A stretch of 47,021 nt of DNA from Octopus sinensis. Lineage: Eukaryota. Positions 25,571-39,157 of this stretch are shown here, one piece after another. A program made the position numbers and the translations under genes. Within the stretch, counting starts at the first letter, position 1, and each line of letters opens with the position of its first letter. The notes under the pieces are model-generated. The model was not told the DNA's origin and searched no databases. It saw nothing but the letters and a program-made list of their open reading frames with translations. The DNA lies in the NCBI RefSeq assembly GCF_006345805.1, contig NW_021834875.1, positions 1 through 47,021 of the forward strand, written 5' to 3'.

Positions 25571-26849
25571 CATATCCTGTATTTCTTTTCTTCTATTTCT
25601 TTTATTTGCTTCAGCCATTTCACTGCAGTCATGCTGGTGCACCGCCTTTAGTCGAAGAAATCGACCCCAGGACTTACTCTTCGTAAGCCTGGTATTTATT
25701 CTATCGGTCATTTTTGTCGAACCACTAAGTTACGGGGACGTAAGCAAACAAGCATCTGTTGTCAAGCGATGGTAGGGGGACAAACACACATACACACAAA
25801 TATATACGTATGTATATATACATATATTCTTTTATTCTTCTAAAAATACTCTAGTAAACACGGTTATAGAGCGAGCATACAGATGTAAGCATTGGCAAAA
25901 ACATACATTTAGTGCATATAAGTAGTCTCTATCATTATATATAATTTAAACTTTAATTTCCTTTATATTTAACATTCACTATTAATATCCCTACTCTTTC
26001 TGTTAGCTACTTATGACGTTATATCATATAACGTTTTTTTTAAACAATATTAATAGCGTTCTGTCTATCGCTATACAAATCCATCATTTTTTGCTAAAAT
26101 GTCTTATTGACGAGTTTCGTTTTTTTCACTTTCCTGAGGAGAAGATTGTATTGTTTATACCATTTATTCTTTTGAATAGTATCAGTGGAATTTTCGAAAT
26201 ATGTGTCGAAAGTAAAAATATCTGATTACACCTGCGTTAACTCCATTTTTTATTCATAATATTCAAAATATTCAACGTAAACACGAAGTTTCTACCTTAT
26301 AAACAAGGAGTTACAACACCTTTACTTGTGAGATTTTTGCTGCCCGGGTAACTATTTATTTATTTTTCCGTGTTAACTGTTAACAAGGTAAAAATACACT
26401 CATCTATTTATATATATATATATATACATATATATATACATACCTTCATATGTATGTATGTATGTGTGTGTGTGTATGAGTCTGTCTTTGTCCCCCACCC
26501 CCACCACTTTAGCGGTTCGGCAAAAGAGAACCGGTAGAATAAGTACCAAACTTTAAAAATAGTACTGGGTCGATTCTTTTGACTAAACATTCTTCTAGGC
26601 TGTGCTCCAGCATGGCTGCCATTTAATGACTGAAACAAGTAAGAGATAAAACCTAATATATATATATGTATATATATATATATGTGTGGTGTGTGTATGT
26701 GTGTGGTGTGTGTGTGTGTGTGTGTGTACACACACACCATCCTCATCTAAATATTTCTTGGTTACTATTATCGTTCTGTTATAAGACGTGTTTATCTGCT
26801 TGTTTAATCATTTTCTCTTCGCTGACACTTAATAGACAGACAGACAGAC

Positions 26850-26919
<70 letters not shown>

Positions 26920-27375
26920 AAGCAATTTTTTTTTAATGGCCTTCACTTCGATGTCTATCGTTAATTGTAGCGCCCTCTAGGGAGGAGAAGCGGTAATGGA
27001 ACTAATATTCAGCGCTAATACACATTGGTCTCGCATAAGTCAAGTTCATATTTGTTTTCCCTTAAGAACTGTCAAGAACAGTTAACGATTTTGATTGCTT
27101 TGGCTACTCCCAGGCTGAACGTTTAGCATGATCTAACCGTAATTGTAACACAATTTTTATTGGCTTTAATCATTTTAATCAGAAAGTTAACAGCAAAAAC
27201 GTTAGTCTGCGTCCATTGCCTGATTCGTTTCATTGTTTCCTTGTCGTTTCAATTATATCAATAAGAAGAGAAATGAAATTCGAACGAACGTTTGTGTATT
27301 TGATAATTGAAGTCATTATTGCAGAGTGTATAATAGTAAAGAGTGAAAATATAGCTTATTTGTTACTCTTTCAAA

Positions 27376-28490
27376 GGCGGCGAGCTGACAGAGAATCGTT
27401 AGCACGCCGGGTGAAATGCTTTGCGGTATTTCGTCTGCCGTTACGTTCTGAAATCAAATTATGCCAAGATCGATTTTGCCTTTCATCCTTTCGGGATCGA
27501 TAAACTAAGTACCAGTTACACACTGGTGTCGATCTAATCGACTTAATCCGTTTGTCTGTCCTTGTTTGTCCCCTCTGCGTTTAGCCTCTTGTGGGTAGTA
27601 AAGAAATAGAAATAGGTATTTCGTCTGCCGCTCCGTTCTGAGTTCAAATTCCGCCGAGGTCGACTTTGCCTTTCATCCTTTCGGGGTCGATAAATTAAGT
27701 ACCAGTTACGCACTGGTGTCGATCTAATCGACTTAATCCTTTGTCTGTCCTTGTTTGTCCCCTCTGCATTTTGCCCCTTGTGGGTAGTAAAGAAATAGAA
27801 ATAGGTATTTCGTCTGCCGCTCCGTTCTGAGTTCAAATTCCGCCGAGGTCGACTTTGCCTTTCATCCTTTCGGGGTCGATAAATTAAGTACCAGTTACGC
27901 ACTGGGGTCGATCTAATCGACTTAATCCTTTGTCTGTCCTTGTTTGTCCCCTCTGCGTTTAGCCCCTTGTGGGTAGTAAAGAAATAGAAATAGGTATTTC
28001 GTCTGCCGCTCCGTTCTGAGTTCAAACTCCGCCAAGGTCGACTTTTAATCCGTTCGGGGTCGATTAAATAAGTACCAATTACGCACTGGGGTCGATATAA
28101 TCGACTTAATTCGTTTGTCTGTCGTTGTTTGTCCTTTCTGTGTTTAGCTCCTTGTGGATAGTAAAGAAATAGGTATTTCGTCTGCCGTTACGTTGAGTTC
28201 AAATTCCGCCGTGGTCGACTTTGCCTTTCATCCTTTCGGGGTCGATAAATTAAGTTCCAGTTACACACTGGGGGTCGATATAATTGACTTAATCCGTTTG
28301 TCTGTCCTTGTTTGTCCTTTCTGTGTTTAGCCCCTTGTGGGTAGTAAAGAAATAGGTAGTAAAGAAATAAGTATTTCGTCTGTCCTTACGTTCCGAGTTC
28401 AAATTCCGCTGAGGTCGACTTTGTCTTTCATCCTTTTGGGTTTGATCAAATTAGTGCCAGTTGAGCACTGGGGTTGAAATAACCGACTTG
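27376..28490 (+). mobile_element. Family A SINE tandem array, 6 units of ~179-198 bp
   Basis: gtatttcgtctg recurs at 27426, 27616, 27805, 27994, 28173 and 28371. Only the first unit has the 5' head. Confidence 0.9.
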
Positions 28491-29127
28491 TCTATTCTTG
28501 AGTAAGAGTATAAAAACTGCACTTCTCTGCAAGCCATGTCGAGCTAGTTCGGCAGTTTAGGCTCATCACACCAATATGATTTCAAGCTCAAAGCCATGGC
28601 TTCTACATTGGGTTATGGTAGGTGAAGAGAACATACTGAGACCTTCGCCCTGCAGAAGACTGAACATACACAATGCAATCCAGTCCAAATGCTATTTTAC
28701 ACTTTTACTGGTTTTAGTCGCTAAACAACGGCCATGCTAGAGAGCACCTTCTAGGGCTTTGGTCTCTTATATCGACCCCACCTCAAGTGCTTATTTACGT
28801 CTGGTACTTATTTTATCGATTCCTATTTGTCGGAATACTTAGTTATAGGACATGGGAAGACGCTCCACTGGACACACTTACCATCGTTGTGATAATTATG
28901 TAATTGTATAATGTATATATAAATATATATGTAGGTATGTGCATATATGTATGTATGCATATATTTATATATTATTTATATTATTATTATATATACATAC
29001 ATAGATAAATATATGTTTATAAACGTATATATATACATATGCATATGCGTACATAACCTGCTTTACTTGTTTACTTTTGTTATGACAGCCCATCTAAGGT
29101 GACAACAGCGTGTATATATATAAAATA

Positions 29128-29327
29128 TGACCGCGTGTGTACCGTTGGCGATTCTTTTCCTCCGTCTTCCCTTCTCTGGATCTTTCCTTTTCCTATGTTT
29201 CTGACGAAGAGCTCCGCTCGAAACGTTAAATCCTCCTTCTTCCCTTCCTCCCTGAGCGTCCAATAATACTATATTTGTTCCACGTCCTCGCGTTGTTGTG
29301 TTTTCTCTTTGTGTTTTCTTGTTTAGA

Positions 29328-29332
<5 letters not shown>
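29128..29332 (+). mobile_element. ~205-bp HHR-bearing element, copy 2
   Basis: Homologous to 20272-20474. Flanked by (TA)n. Confidence 0.75.
29197..29230 (+). ncRNA. Minimal type I hammerhead ribozyme, canonical C3-G8 core
   Basis: UUU-CUGACGA-A-GAGC ucc GCUC-GAAA-CG-U-U-AAA, with palindromic stem III (AACGUU) and a very short stem I. Confidence 0.65.
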
Positions 29333-29359
<27 letters not shown>

Positions 29360-29763
29360 GGCGCAGGAGTGGCTGTGTAGTAAGTAGCTTGCTTACCAAC
29401 CACACGGTTCCGGGTTCAGTCCCACTACGTGGCACCTCGGGAAAGTGTCTTCTACTATAGCCTCGGGCCGACCAAAGCCTTGTGAGTGGATTTGGTAGAC
29501 GGAAACTGAAAGAAGCCTGACGTATATATATGTATGTGTGTGTGTGTGTGTGTTTGTGTGTCTGTGTTTGTCCCCCCAACATCGCTTGACAACCGATGCT
29601 TGTATGTTTACGTCCCGGTTACTTAGCGGTTCGGCAAAAGAGACCGATAAAATAAGTACTAGGCTTACAAAGAATAAGTCCTGGGGTCGATTTGCTCGAC
29701 TAAAAGGCGGTGCTCCAGCATGGCCGCGGTCAAATGACTGAAACAAGTAAAAGAGTAAAGAGT
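29360..29763 (+). mobile_element. Family B SINE, full length
   Basis: Same structure as 21847-22257, with tail aagtaaaagagtaaagag. Confidence 0.9.
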
Positions 29764-29934
29764 ATACATACATAAATATATGTTTATATACGTATATATA
29801 TACATATGCATATGCCTACAGAAACTGCTTTACTTGTTTACTTTTGTTATGACAGCCCATCTAAGGTGACAACAGCGTGTGTATATATATATATTTGTAT
29901 GTATATGTATGTATGTATACACACACAAATATAT

Positions 29935-29968
<34 letters not shown>

Positions 29969-30445
29969 GCATGTTTATATGAATGCATGCATGTATGTAT
30001 GCATGTATTTACATATGTGTAAACACATAAACATTTATCTTCATTTATTAATGTATGTTGATGCTTGCCTACAGTCATCCATCCTAATATACTGACATGT
30101 CAAACACACAAACATTAATATACATTAATCAAGTGAGCGAGTGTGTGTGTGTGTGTATGTGTGTGCATGTGTGTGTGTGTGTGCTTGACATATGAATACA
30201 TATCTGGATAAATGCACGTATGCATGAACGTATGTATGTATATATATATAGCAATATTTTCCTGTATTCGTATTAATATAAATGTTAAACGTGAACTCAT
30301 TCCGCGTCTTGTGCCGGGTAGGCAGTATCTTCGTAATGTTTATACAACTGATATGAATCCAAGATATATGGAAGGAGGAACGAATTAACACTGTAAACAA
30401 CAACTACACCAGCAGATATAACACCATCGACAAGAGCAACAACAA

Positions 30446-30476
<31 letters not shown>

Positions 30477-30699
30477 AACAGCAGCAGCAGCGACAACAAC
30501 AGCTACAACCAAAAATCGTCTGTAATGCGCCTACAGCCCGCCTATATGTCTCTGCTCGCAATACGATTCATTGACAGTCAAGCGTACACAACGCTACACA
30601 CACATACAAAACACACACACACAAACACGTAGATACTAGCCTGTATCAGTATACATTAATGTTGTCTAACTTAATTGGCCATTTGCAAAACCAATATCT

Positions 30700-30970
30700 T
30701 CAGTCATGTAACGAGACGCCAGCCTCTCATCATGGCTGCATCAGAGCGATCCCGCCCGTTGACTTCCGGTTGTTGAGTTCCTTTCAAAAACAGACGCGCG
30801 TGACAAAAACGAGTCGAAAACGCAGTCGGTAATTTCTTTCTCATTGCTTTCGAACTAGTTACAGCAGCGAGAGACGATCGTCTAAACAACAAACCTTGTT
30901 AAAGAAGCTGTGAGAACAGAGAGACAGTAAATATGATCGGTGGTTATATATATGCAACCGGAAGGTGTTG
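30700..30970. promoter_or_regulatory. CpG-rich unique segment, possible promoter or enhancer
   Basis: Locally CpG-dense, with GC box cccgccc (~30752) and ETS-type motifs acttccgg (~30762) and accggaag (~30957). Confidence 0.3.
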
Positions 30971-31028
30971 CCCGTTGAAGGTGTTATTACCAATAAGAGA
31001 TTGCAAAAATAGATGGAAACGTAGAATG

Positions 31029-31152
<124 letters not shown>

Positions 31153-31958
31153 TAGATAGATAGATAGATAGATAGATGATAGATAGATAGATAGATAGAT
31201 AGATAAAAAAAACCTCTATGAATATCATGAATATAACATAACAGGCGATACGTATTAAGTAAGGAAAGAAAGGAAGAAAGAAAGAAAGAAAGGAAGGAAA
31301 ACGAGAGAAGATATAGGAGAGAAGAAACAAAAATGGTGAAAAGCAATGGGAGAGGTAAAGAGGAAGGGAGACAACTAACGTATAGGTCATATTCTAGTTT
31401 TGCCTTCGCTTTTGTTGTTATTGAAAAGAAAAACACCCCATAAACACAGCGTACGTCCAAGATATCTTGTTAGCAAGAAGGCGTTGTTAGTTACAGTTGA
31501 TTTCCTTAATTATTCGTGTGGAGATGACAGGAATATAAATTTGTTTCTTTACATTCTCCAGTCACACCAAATTTGTTCCCCATTCGTTCGCTGGCAGTTA
31601 TTTTGTTATATTTTTGTTTAATTTTTTTTTTTGTTTTTCTTATTTCTTTATTAAGAGGTGGATGTAAGTGTTGTTATATTTTTTTTTCTTTTAATTTTTA
31701 ATTTATATTTTTATTTATTTATTTATTTATTTATTTTTATTTATATTATTTACATGCGGTGTGCGTGTTGCTGGTTTTGCTGAGCTAAACCCTTCTCTAA
31801 GCATGGATCGAATTAGGAAAGTAAACAAACTTGTCTCCTTGTTTGTTTATATTATGTATAGCCATAAGCTATATTCAACACACACACACACACACACACA
31901 TACACACTCACAAATGCACATACATATAATTACATATGTATATATATATAATATATTG

Positions 31959-31999
<41 letters not shown>

Positions 32000-32547
32000 C
32001 ATATTTATATATATGTGTGTGTATATATATATGTATATGTATATATATATATGTATATGTATATATATATATTATGTACATATGTATATATATATTATAT
32101 ATGTACATATGTATTATATGTACATATGTATATATATATATACATATGTACATATAATATATATATACATATACATATATATATATATATACACACATAT
32201 ATATTTATATATATATATGTATATATGTATATATATATATATAATTATATAATTATATGTAAAAGTATAAAGAAGTGTACATATATTTATACATGTACAC
32301 ACGCACGCACATACACGTGTGTGTATGTTGGTGTGTATATGCTTCTGTGTGTGTGTGTTTGTGTGTGTGTTTTTGTGTGTGTGTGTGTCAGTGTGCTGAG
32401 TGTATACAAAAAGAATAAGAGGAACGTACACATAGATACACGATCACAGTAGAATAATACCAGAATGCAAAAACATACGCTGTACACATATATATAAATT
32501 AATATAAAATATATATATTTATATATATATATGTGTGTGTGTGTGTG

Positions 32548-32599
<52 letters not shown>

Positions 32600-32600
32600 A

Positions 32601-33866
32601 TCAGGTCATTCCATAAGTAATGTCCGAATTTCTTTATTGTCAATTTCTAAACGCTTTAACAGTATTTTAGAATGTCTAATGACATCAAGTAACATTTATA
32701 TGTATTTGGACATGTTTAAACTAATTAAATTTCATTTTGCAGGATAATGTAATTGAAATTTCGCTAATTAGAGCTCTTCAAACATGAAAGAGTCTAAGGA
32801 ACATTTGAGGCATATAATACATTATGAGTTTACAAAAGGGAATTCTGCAACTGAAACGACTCGAAATATTCACCCAGCTTATGGACAACAGAGCATGAAT
32901 AAAAGAATTTGCAGAAGATGTTTTGTAAAATTCAGATTTGGAATTTTCAGGCTTGAAGATGAGGCCAGAACAGAACGTCCAACTGAGTTTGATGACTAGC
33001 TCATTTTGGGAGAACTTGAAAAAGATCATGCAGTTTCAGATGAATAATTGTGAAGCAAGCTTCATTCGTGTCATACAACTGCTCACTGCCATCTTCAAGA
33101 GCTTTGGAAGGCTCCCAAACTCGCAAATGGGTGCCTCATGAAGTGTCTGAAACCAACTGCAAATCCTGAGTGGACTTCGGCTCTTCTCTTCGTTCTCGTG
33201 GGATAGAGAGGTGACCGGTGATGAAACATGTGTTCACTACCAAAATGTTAAGAATCCTAGACATTAGTTTGGTAAGGGGGAAAAGGGCCTAACCACAACC
33301 AGAATGGGAGCTCCATGTGAAGAAGGCTCTTCTTCTCAGTTCGGTGGGATTCCAAAGGAGGCATCCACTTTGAGTTGCTTCCAACTAATGCAACAGTCAA
33401 TGCTCAAATCTACTGTCAGCAATTAGAGCGTTTGCATGCTGCTTTGAAGAAAAAAGTCCTGCTTTAGTGAACCGAGAGGGAGTGTTGTTTCATCAGGGCA
33501 AAGCAAGACCCCCACACTGCAAAGATCACGTCACTGAATATCAAGGAACTTGGCTGGGAGAAAATTGTTCAACCGCATTATTCCCCAGACCTTGCTCCTT
33601 CCGATTACCATTTGTTCCGTAGTTTACAGAATCTTTTGGATAGATTAACTCTCGAAACAACCGAGTAAGTCGAAACTAACCTTTTAGAGTTCTCTTCGAA
33701 ACCGAAATAGTATTTCACTAATAGCATTTAAAAGCTTACGAGTAGATGGAAAGACGTCATAGATAATCATGGAAACTACATTGATGATTGAGTTTCATTA
33801 AAATGTAAGATTCGATCGCGTGTTTTCCTTATTTAAAATCCGGACATTACTTATGGGATGATCTGA
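32601..33866 (+). mobile_element. Full-length decayed mariner (DD34D) transposon, 1266 bp
   Basis: TIRs tcaggtcattccataagtaatgtccgaattt / aaatccggacattacttatgggatgatctga, with TA duplication on both sides. Confidence 0.95.
32784..33790 (+). pseudogene. Mariner transposase pseudogene
   Basis: MKESKEHLRHIIHYEF..., WVPHE, TGDET and YSPDLAPSDYHLFRSL motifs, broken by stops and frameshifts. Confidence 0.92.
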
Positions 33867-34030
33867 TATGTATACATGTACTAATATTTCCACTTCTAGA
33901 AGCTACGCATCAACAACATCGACTAGAGCGAACACAACAACCGTGACGACAACGTAGCTACTACCACTTTGGAAGACACCTTCACCGTGTCGTAACACAT
34001 TCTACTACTACTACTACAACTACTACTACT

Positions 34031-34263
34031 ACCTATTTCTTTACTAGCCACAAGGGGCTAAACACAGAGGAGACAAACAAGGACAGACAAACGGATTAAG
34101 TCGATTACATCGACCCCAGTCCGTAACTGGTACTTAATTTATCGACCCCGAAAGGATGAAAGGCAAAGTCGACCTCGGCGGAATTTGAACTCAGAACGTA
34201 GCGCAGACGAAATACCGCTTAGAATTTCGCCCGGCGTGCTAACGTTTCTGCCAGCTCGCCGCC
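34031..34263 (-). mobile_element. Family A SINE, full length, inside (TAC)n
   Basis: Antisense tail cctatttcttt to head ...ccagctcgccgcc. Confidence 0.9.
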
Positions 34264-34347
34264 ATTCTACTACTACTACTACTACCACCACAGCTACCAC
34301 CATTACTACCACAATTTCGGGTATTTAATTCTTCCACTTCCACCAAC

Positions 34348-34511
34348 CGAACCCAGCCATGAGTCCTTGAGATAAATATGACATCGCCATCAAAACGAAA
34401 ATAGCCAGTGTTGACGAAAACAACGACCGAAACAACAACGGCAGCCAATAGACTACCGAGATTAGAGCGAAATAATAGGAGATAGCCGCCATGTTGGTTT
34501 TTTTGGGACAT
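34348..34511 (-). CDS. Candidate first coding exon of a secreted or membrane protein (unverified)
   Basis: CpG-rich unique sequence. caacATGGCG at 34492 gives MAAISYYFALISVVYWLPLLF...; the upstream ATG at 34511 gives MSQKNQH...LLAAVVVSVVVFV. Possible donor G|GTTGGT at 34347. Confidence 0.35.
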
Positions 34512-34642
34512 TCCGAAGCTCAGGAAATCTATCTAAAGAAAACACAATCGACGCAAAATCAAACACCAGACGTTCGCTCTGGTGTTTGAAACTGCCTACC
34601 ATTTATATGTATGTTCGTGTGTGTGAATATATAATATATATA

Positions 34643-34696
<54 letters not shown>

Positions 34697-35989
34697 ATAA
34701 CGCGATCGTTTCGTGTGGTTAGCAATACCTTTGAAATCAGTATTGAATCTCAAACGCGCTGTGGGGTCCCTGACTAGTTCCTTTTTCTGTTTTTTCTCGT
34801 ATTTCGGGGTCAGTAGGGACCTATTTTTTTACCCGTTGGCATCTCTTTACTTTCAACGTTGGGACCATCTTTTTAAAAGTAGATAAAGACCTTTTTAAGT
34901 AAATAGAGTTTAGAAACGCTAGCAGCTTAGCCGTGCATTTATAAACGCTGAACGTACACACACGAGCGTACGACATCAACATACACACAAGCGAAGTGTG
35001 TGTATACATACATACATACATACATACATACATACATACATACATACATACATACAACATACATACATACATACATATGTACATACCTACATACATACAT
35101 ACATACATACATACATACATACATACATACATACAAATATGTGTGTGTGTATACATGTATGCATATACATACGAATATATATGCATGGCCGCAGCTCTGA
35201 GTTGAAACTTAAAAAAACATATATATATATATGTATACATATGTATGTATATATGTATGTGTGTAGATATAAATATATATTCATATGTATATATATACAT
35301 ATAAGCATATACACACATATGTATGTATAAATATATGGTTCAAAGGTATATATATATATATATGTATATATATATACATATATATACATATATACATTTG
35401 AACCATATATACGTGTGTGTGTGTCTGTATATATATATATATATATATATATACATAAATATATGAAGTCATTGGTATGTTTCCATGTGTATGTATGTAT
35501 GTACGTATGTATATATATATGCATATATAAATATGAGGTCATTGGTGTGTTCTCATGTGTATGTGTGCGTACGTGTGTGTATGTGTGTATGTGTGTGCGT
35601 GTTTCTGTGAATGTGTGTGCATGTGCATTCATGTGTTAATGAGTTTTAAACCAAATAAAGAAATATTCCCAATGCTTATATACCCGTCTCTTCTCGGTAA
35701 TCAACGGTGAGAAGGTAAAATATTTCAAAACTGTACACACGGTTCGATACTGACATCATGCTGTTGAGAAACTGGGACATAATCCGTGTAACCCCTGCAT
35801 TTCGTTTCACACCAAAATATAAATACGTATATAAAAGGAGCAACTTCCTATTCTTTCTTTCTTTCTTTCTTTCTTCCTTTCTTTCATTCTTTCGGAGGTT
35901 TTTTCAAACATGCTCTGTTAAAAACACGACCACTTTCGACTTCATTCTGTTTTATTTTATTTATTAGTCATTTATGTTTAGTTTTTCTA

Positions 35990-36151
35990 GGCGCAGGCGT
36001 GGCTGCGTGGTAAGAAGCTTGCTTACCAACCACATGGTTCCGGGTTCAGTCCCACTGCGCGGCACCTTGGCCAAGTATCTACTACTATAGCCTCGGGCCG
36101 ACCAAAGCCTTGTAAGTCGATTTGGTAGACTGAAACTGAAAGAATCCTGTC

Positions 36152-36152
<1 letters not shown>
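35990..36152 (+). mobile_element. Family B SINE head
   Basis: ggcgcaggcgtggctgcgtggtaag through gaaactgaaagaa. Confidence 0.85.
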
Positions 36153-36200
<48 letters not shown>

Positions 36201-36207
36201 AATATAT

Positions 36208-36271
36208 TACATACATACATACGTACGTACATACATACATGCATACATGCATACATGCACACATACATACA

Positions 36272-36305
<34 letters not shown>

Positions 36306-36834
36306 CATACATACATACATACATACCTGCATGTATACATACACATACATACATGCATACATACATACATACATACCTGCATGTATACATACACATACAT
36401 ACATACATACATACATACATACACACATACATGCATACATACATACATACATGCATGTATACATACACACACATACATACACACATACACACATACATAC
36501 ATACATACATGCATACATACATACATATGTACATATATACATACATACGTACATACATACATACATACATACATACTTACATACATTCATGCATACATAC
36601 ATACATACGTACATACATACAACATACATACATACATACATACATACATACATACATACGTACATACATACATACATCATACATACATACATACATACGT
36701 ACATACATGCATGTATGCATACATATATACATACATACATACATCATACATACATACACACATACATACATACATGCATACATGCATACATTGATACATA
36801 CATACACACATACATACATATATACATATATACA

Positions 36835-36868
<34 letters not shown>

Positions 36869-37068
36869 CAAACATACATACATACATACATACATACATA
36901 CGTACGTACATACGTACATACATACATACATACATATATACATACATACATACGTACATACATACATACTTTCTTACATACATACATATATACATACATG
37001 CATGCATACATACATACATACATACATACTTTCATACATACATACATACATATATACATACATGCATG

Positions 37069-37100
<32 letters not shown>

Positions 37101-37560
37101 CATACATACATACGTACATACGTACATACATACATACATGCATACATACATACATACATACGTACATACATACATACATACATACGTACATACATACGTA
37201 CATACGTACAGACATACATACATACATGCATACATACATACATACATACATACATACATACATACGTACATACGTACATACATACATACATGCATACATA
37301 CATACATACATACGTACATACATACATACATACATACGTACATACATACGTACATACGTACATACATACATACATACATGCATACATACATACATACATA
37401 CATACATACATACATACATACATAAATACATACATGCATGCACACATACATACATACATACATACATACATACATACATACATACATGCATAATACATAC
37501 ATACATACATACATACATACATACATACATACATACATACTTACTACATACATACATACA
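36208..37560. repeat. ~1.35-kb degenerate (CATA)n microsatellite
   Basis: Direct inspection; it is the source of the long HTYI/MYVC ORFs. Confidence 0.95.
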
Positions 37561-37967
37561 AGTACAACATCGATTGTCGTCTCTCCCATCGAGGATGGGA
37601 AAGACGAGAAATAGAGCTGAAGATAAATCTGGTGAGACTAGCAAAACAGAAATTGAGAGAACACAAAATAGTGAGGCAGACAGACAGACAGACAGACAGA
37701 GAAAAGAAAATGAAGAGGTGGAGAAGGATGGAGAAGAGAAGGAAGAGAAAGAGGATGTGAGACAATCAGGAGTAGGTGAAGGTGGAGGCCTCTGGCATGG
37801 CGTGTCACGAATGTTACTCAGCGGGTTGTCCATAACAGAGAATGTTTGGCATCTGTAGACATAGTGGCATTGGTTAGACAACCAGTACAGATTTTTCAAG
37901 AACACAGTTGGTGTAACAATCGTGGACACACAGACACAAAACGCACACACACATACACACACGCACT

Positions 37968-38000
<33 letters not shown>

Positions 38001-38252
38001 CACACACATAAACACTCACAGAGACATAGTCACACGAATATACGTAATCACACACACACACACACAAGGATCCGGTGCCTTCACACAGAAACACATACGC
38101 ACACAAGACACACACATCACAAGCTCGGACATACACATACACAGTCAAACATACTCACACGCACAAAAATACAAGGGGATATACACACACATAAGATTTC
38201 AATAGTTCAAACGAATACGCACACTCACATTCAGACACAAACACACACACGC

Positions 38253-38328
<76 letters not shown>

Positions 38329-39107
38329 TCACTTATGTATCCATGCATACTGTTAGAGTTTCGCGTGTGGTAACAGTATTGTTGTTGTTGTTATTGTTGT
38401 TACAAAGGGTTTGATTTGACAGAATCGGATTAGCACAAGGATGGATGGAATGCGGATTTTTAAAAAATTCTTCCTATAATTTTCTCAATTTTTTTTTTTT
38501 TTTTGAAAATTTTCTACCCTAATGTTCTTTTGCATGTTGATGATGAAAATCAGCGTGGTTTTTTTTTTGGGGGGGGGTCTAAAAATTAATACCAAAAAAG
38601 TTACAAACATTTAAAATTATGCAGCTTTAGCCAATTGAAAAGCTCTGTTGCTGACGTATCGGAAGTCGTAACTAGTCTGTGAACCAGTCTGTTATTTTTT
38701 CATAAAATTGCAAACATTCAAACCTTATTAATCATTTTACAGTCAGTTTTTTTTAAACTACATTTAAATGTGAAATAATAGAAGAAAAAAATGTTATTTT
38801 CTGTTCTCCATTATATTTGAAACCGTGTGCCAGCGGTTCGGCAAAAGAGACCGATAGAATAAGTACTAGGCTGACAAAGAATAAGTCCTGGGATCGATTT
38901 GTTCGACTAAAGGTGGTGCTCCAGCATGGCCACAGTCACATGACTGAAACAAGTAAAAGAGTATATATGTACGACAGGCGTCTTTCATTTTCCGTCTACC
39001 AAATCCATTCATAAGGCTTTGGCCTGCCCGAGGCTATAGTAGAAAACACTTGCCCAAGGTGGAACTGAACCCGGAACCATGCGTTTAGGATGCAAGCTTC
39101 TTTCCAT

Positions 39108-39156
<49 letters not shown>

Positions 39157-39157
39157 A

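Noticed and set aside
26971-26985. CTCF-like motif gcgccctctaggga
   Set aside because: A single imperfect match, not distinguishable from chance without ChIP data.
27376-28490. CRISPR-like regular repeat array
   Set aside because: Whole units repeat with no unique spacers; the sequence is a eukaryotic SINE body.
36023-38148. ORFs of 400-540 aa (HTYI/MYVC repeats)
   Set aside because: They are translations of a (CATA)n tract that lacks stops in several frames on both strands; there is no protein-like complexity.
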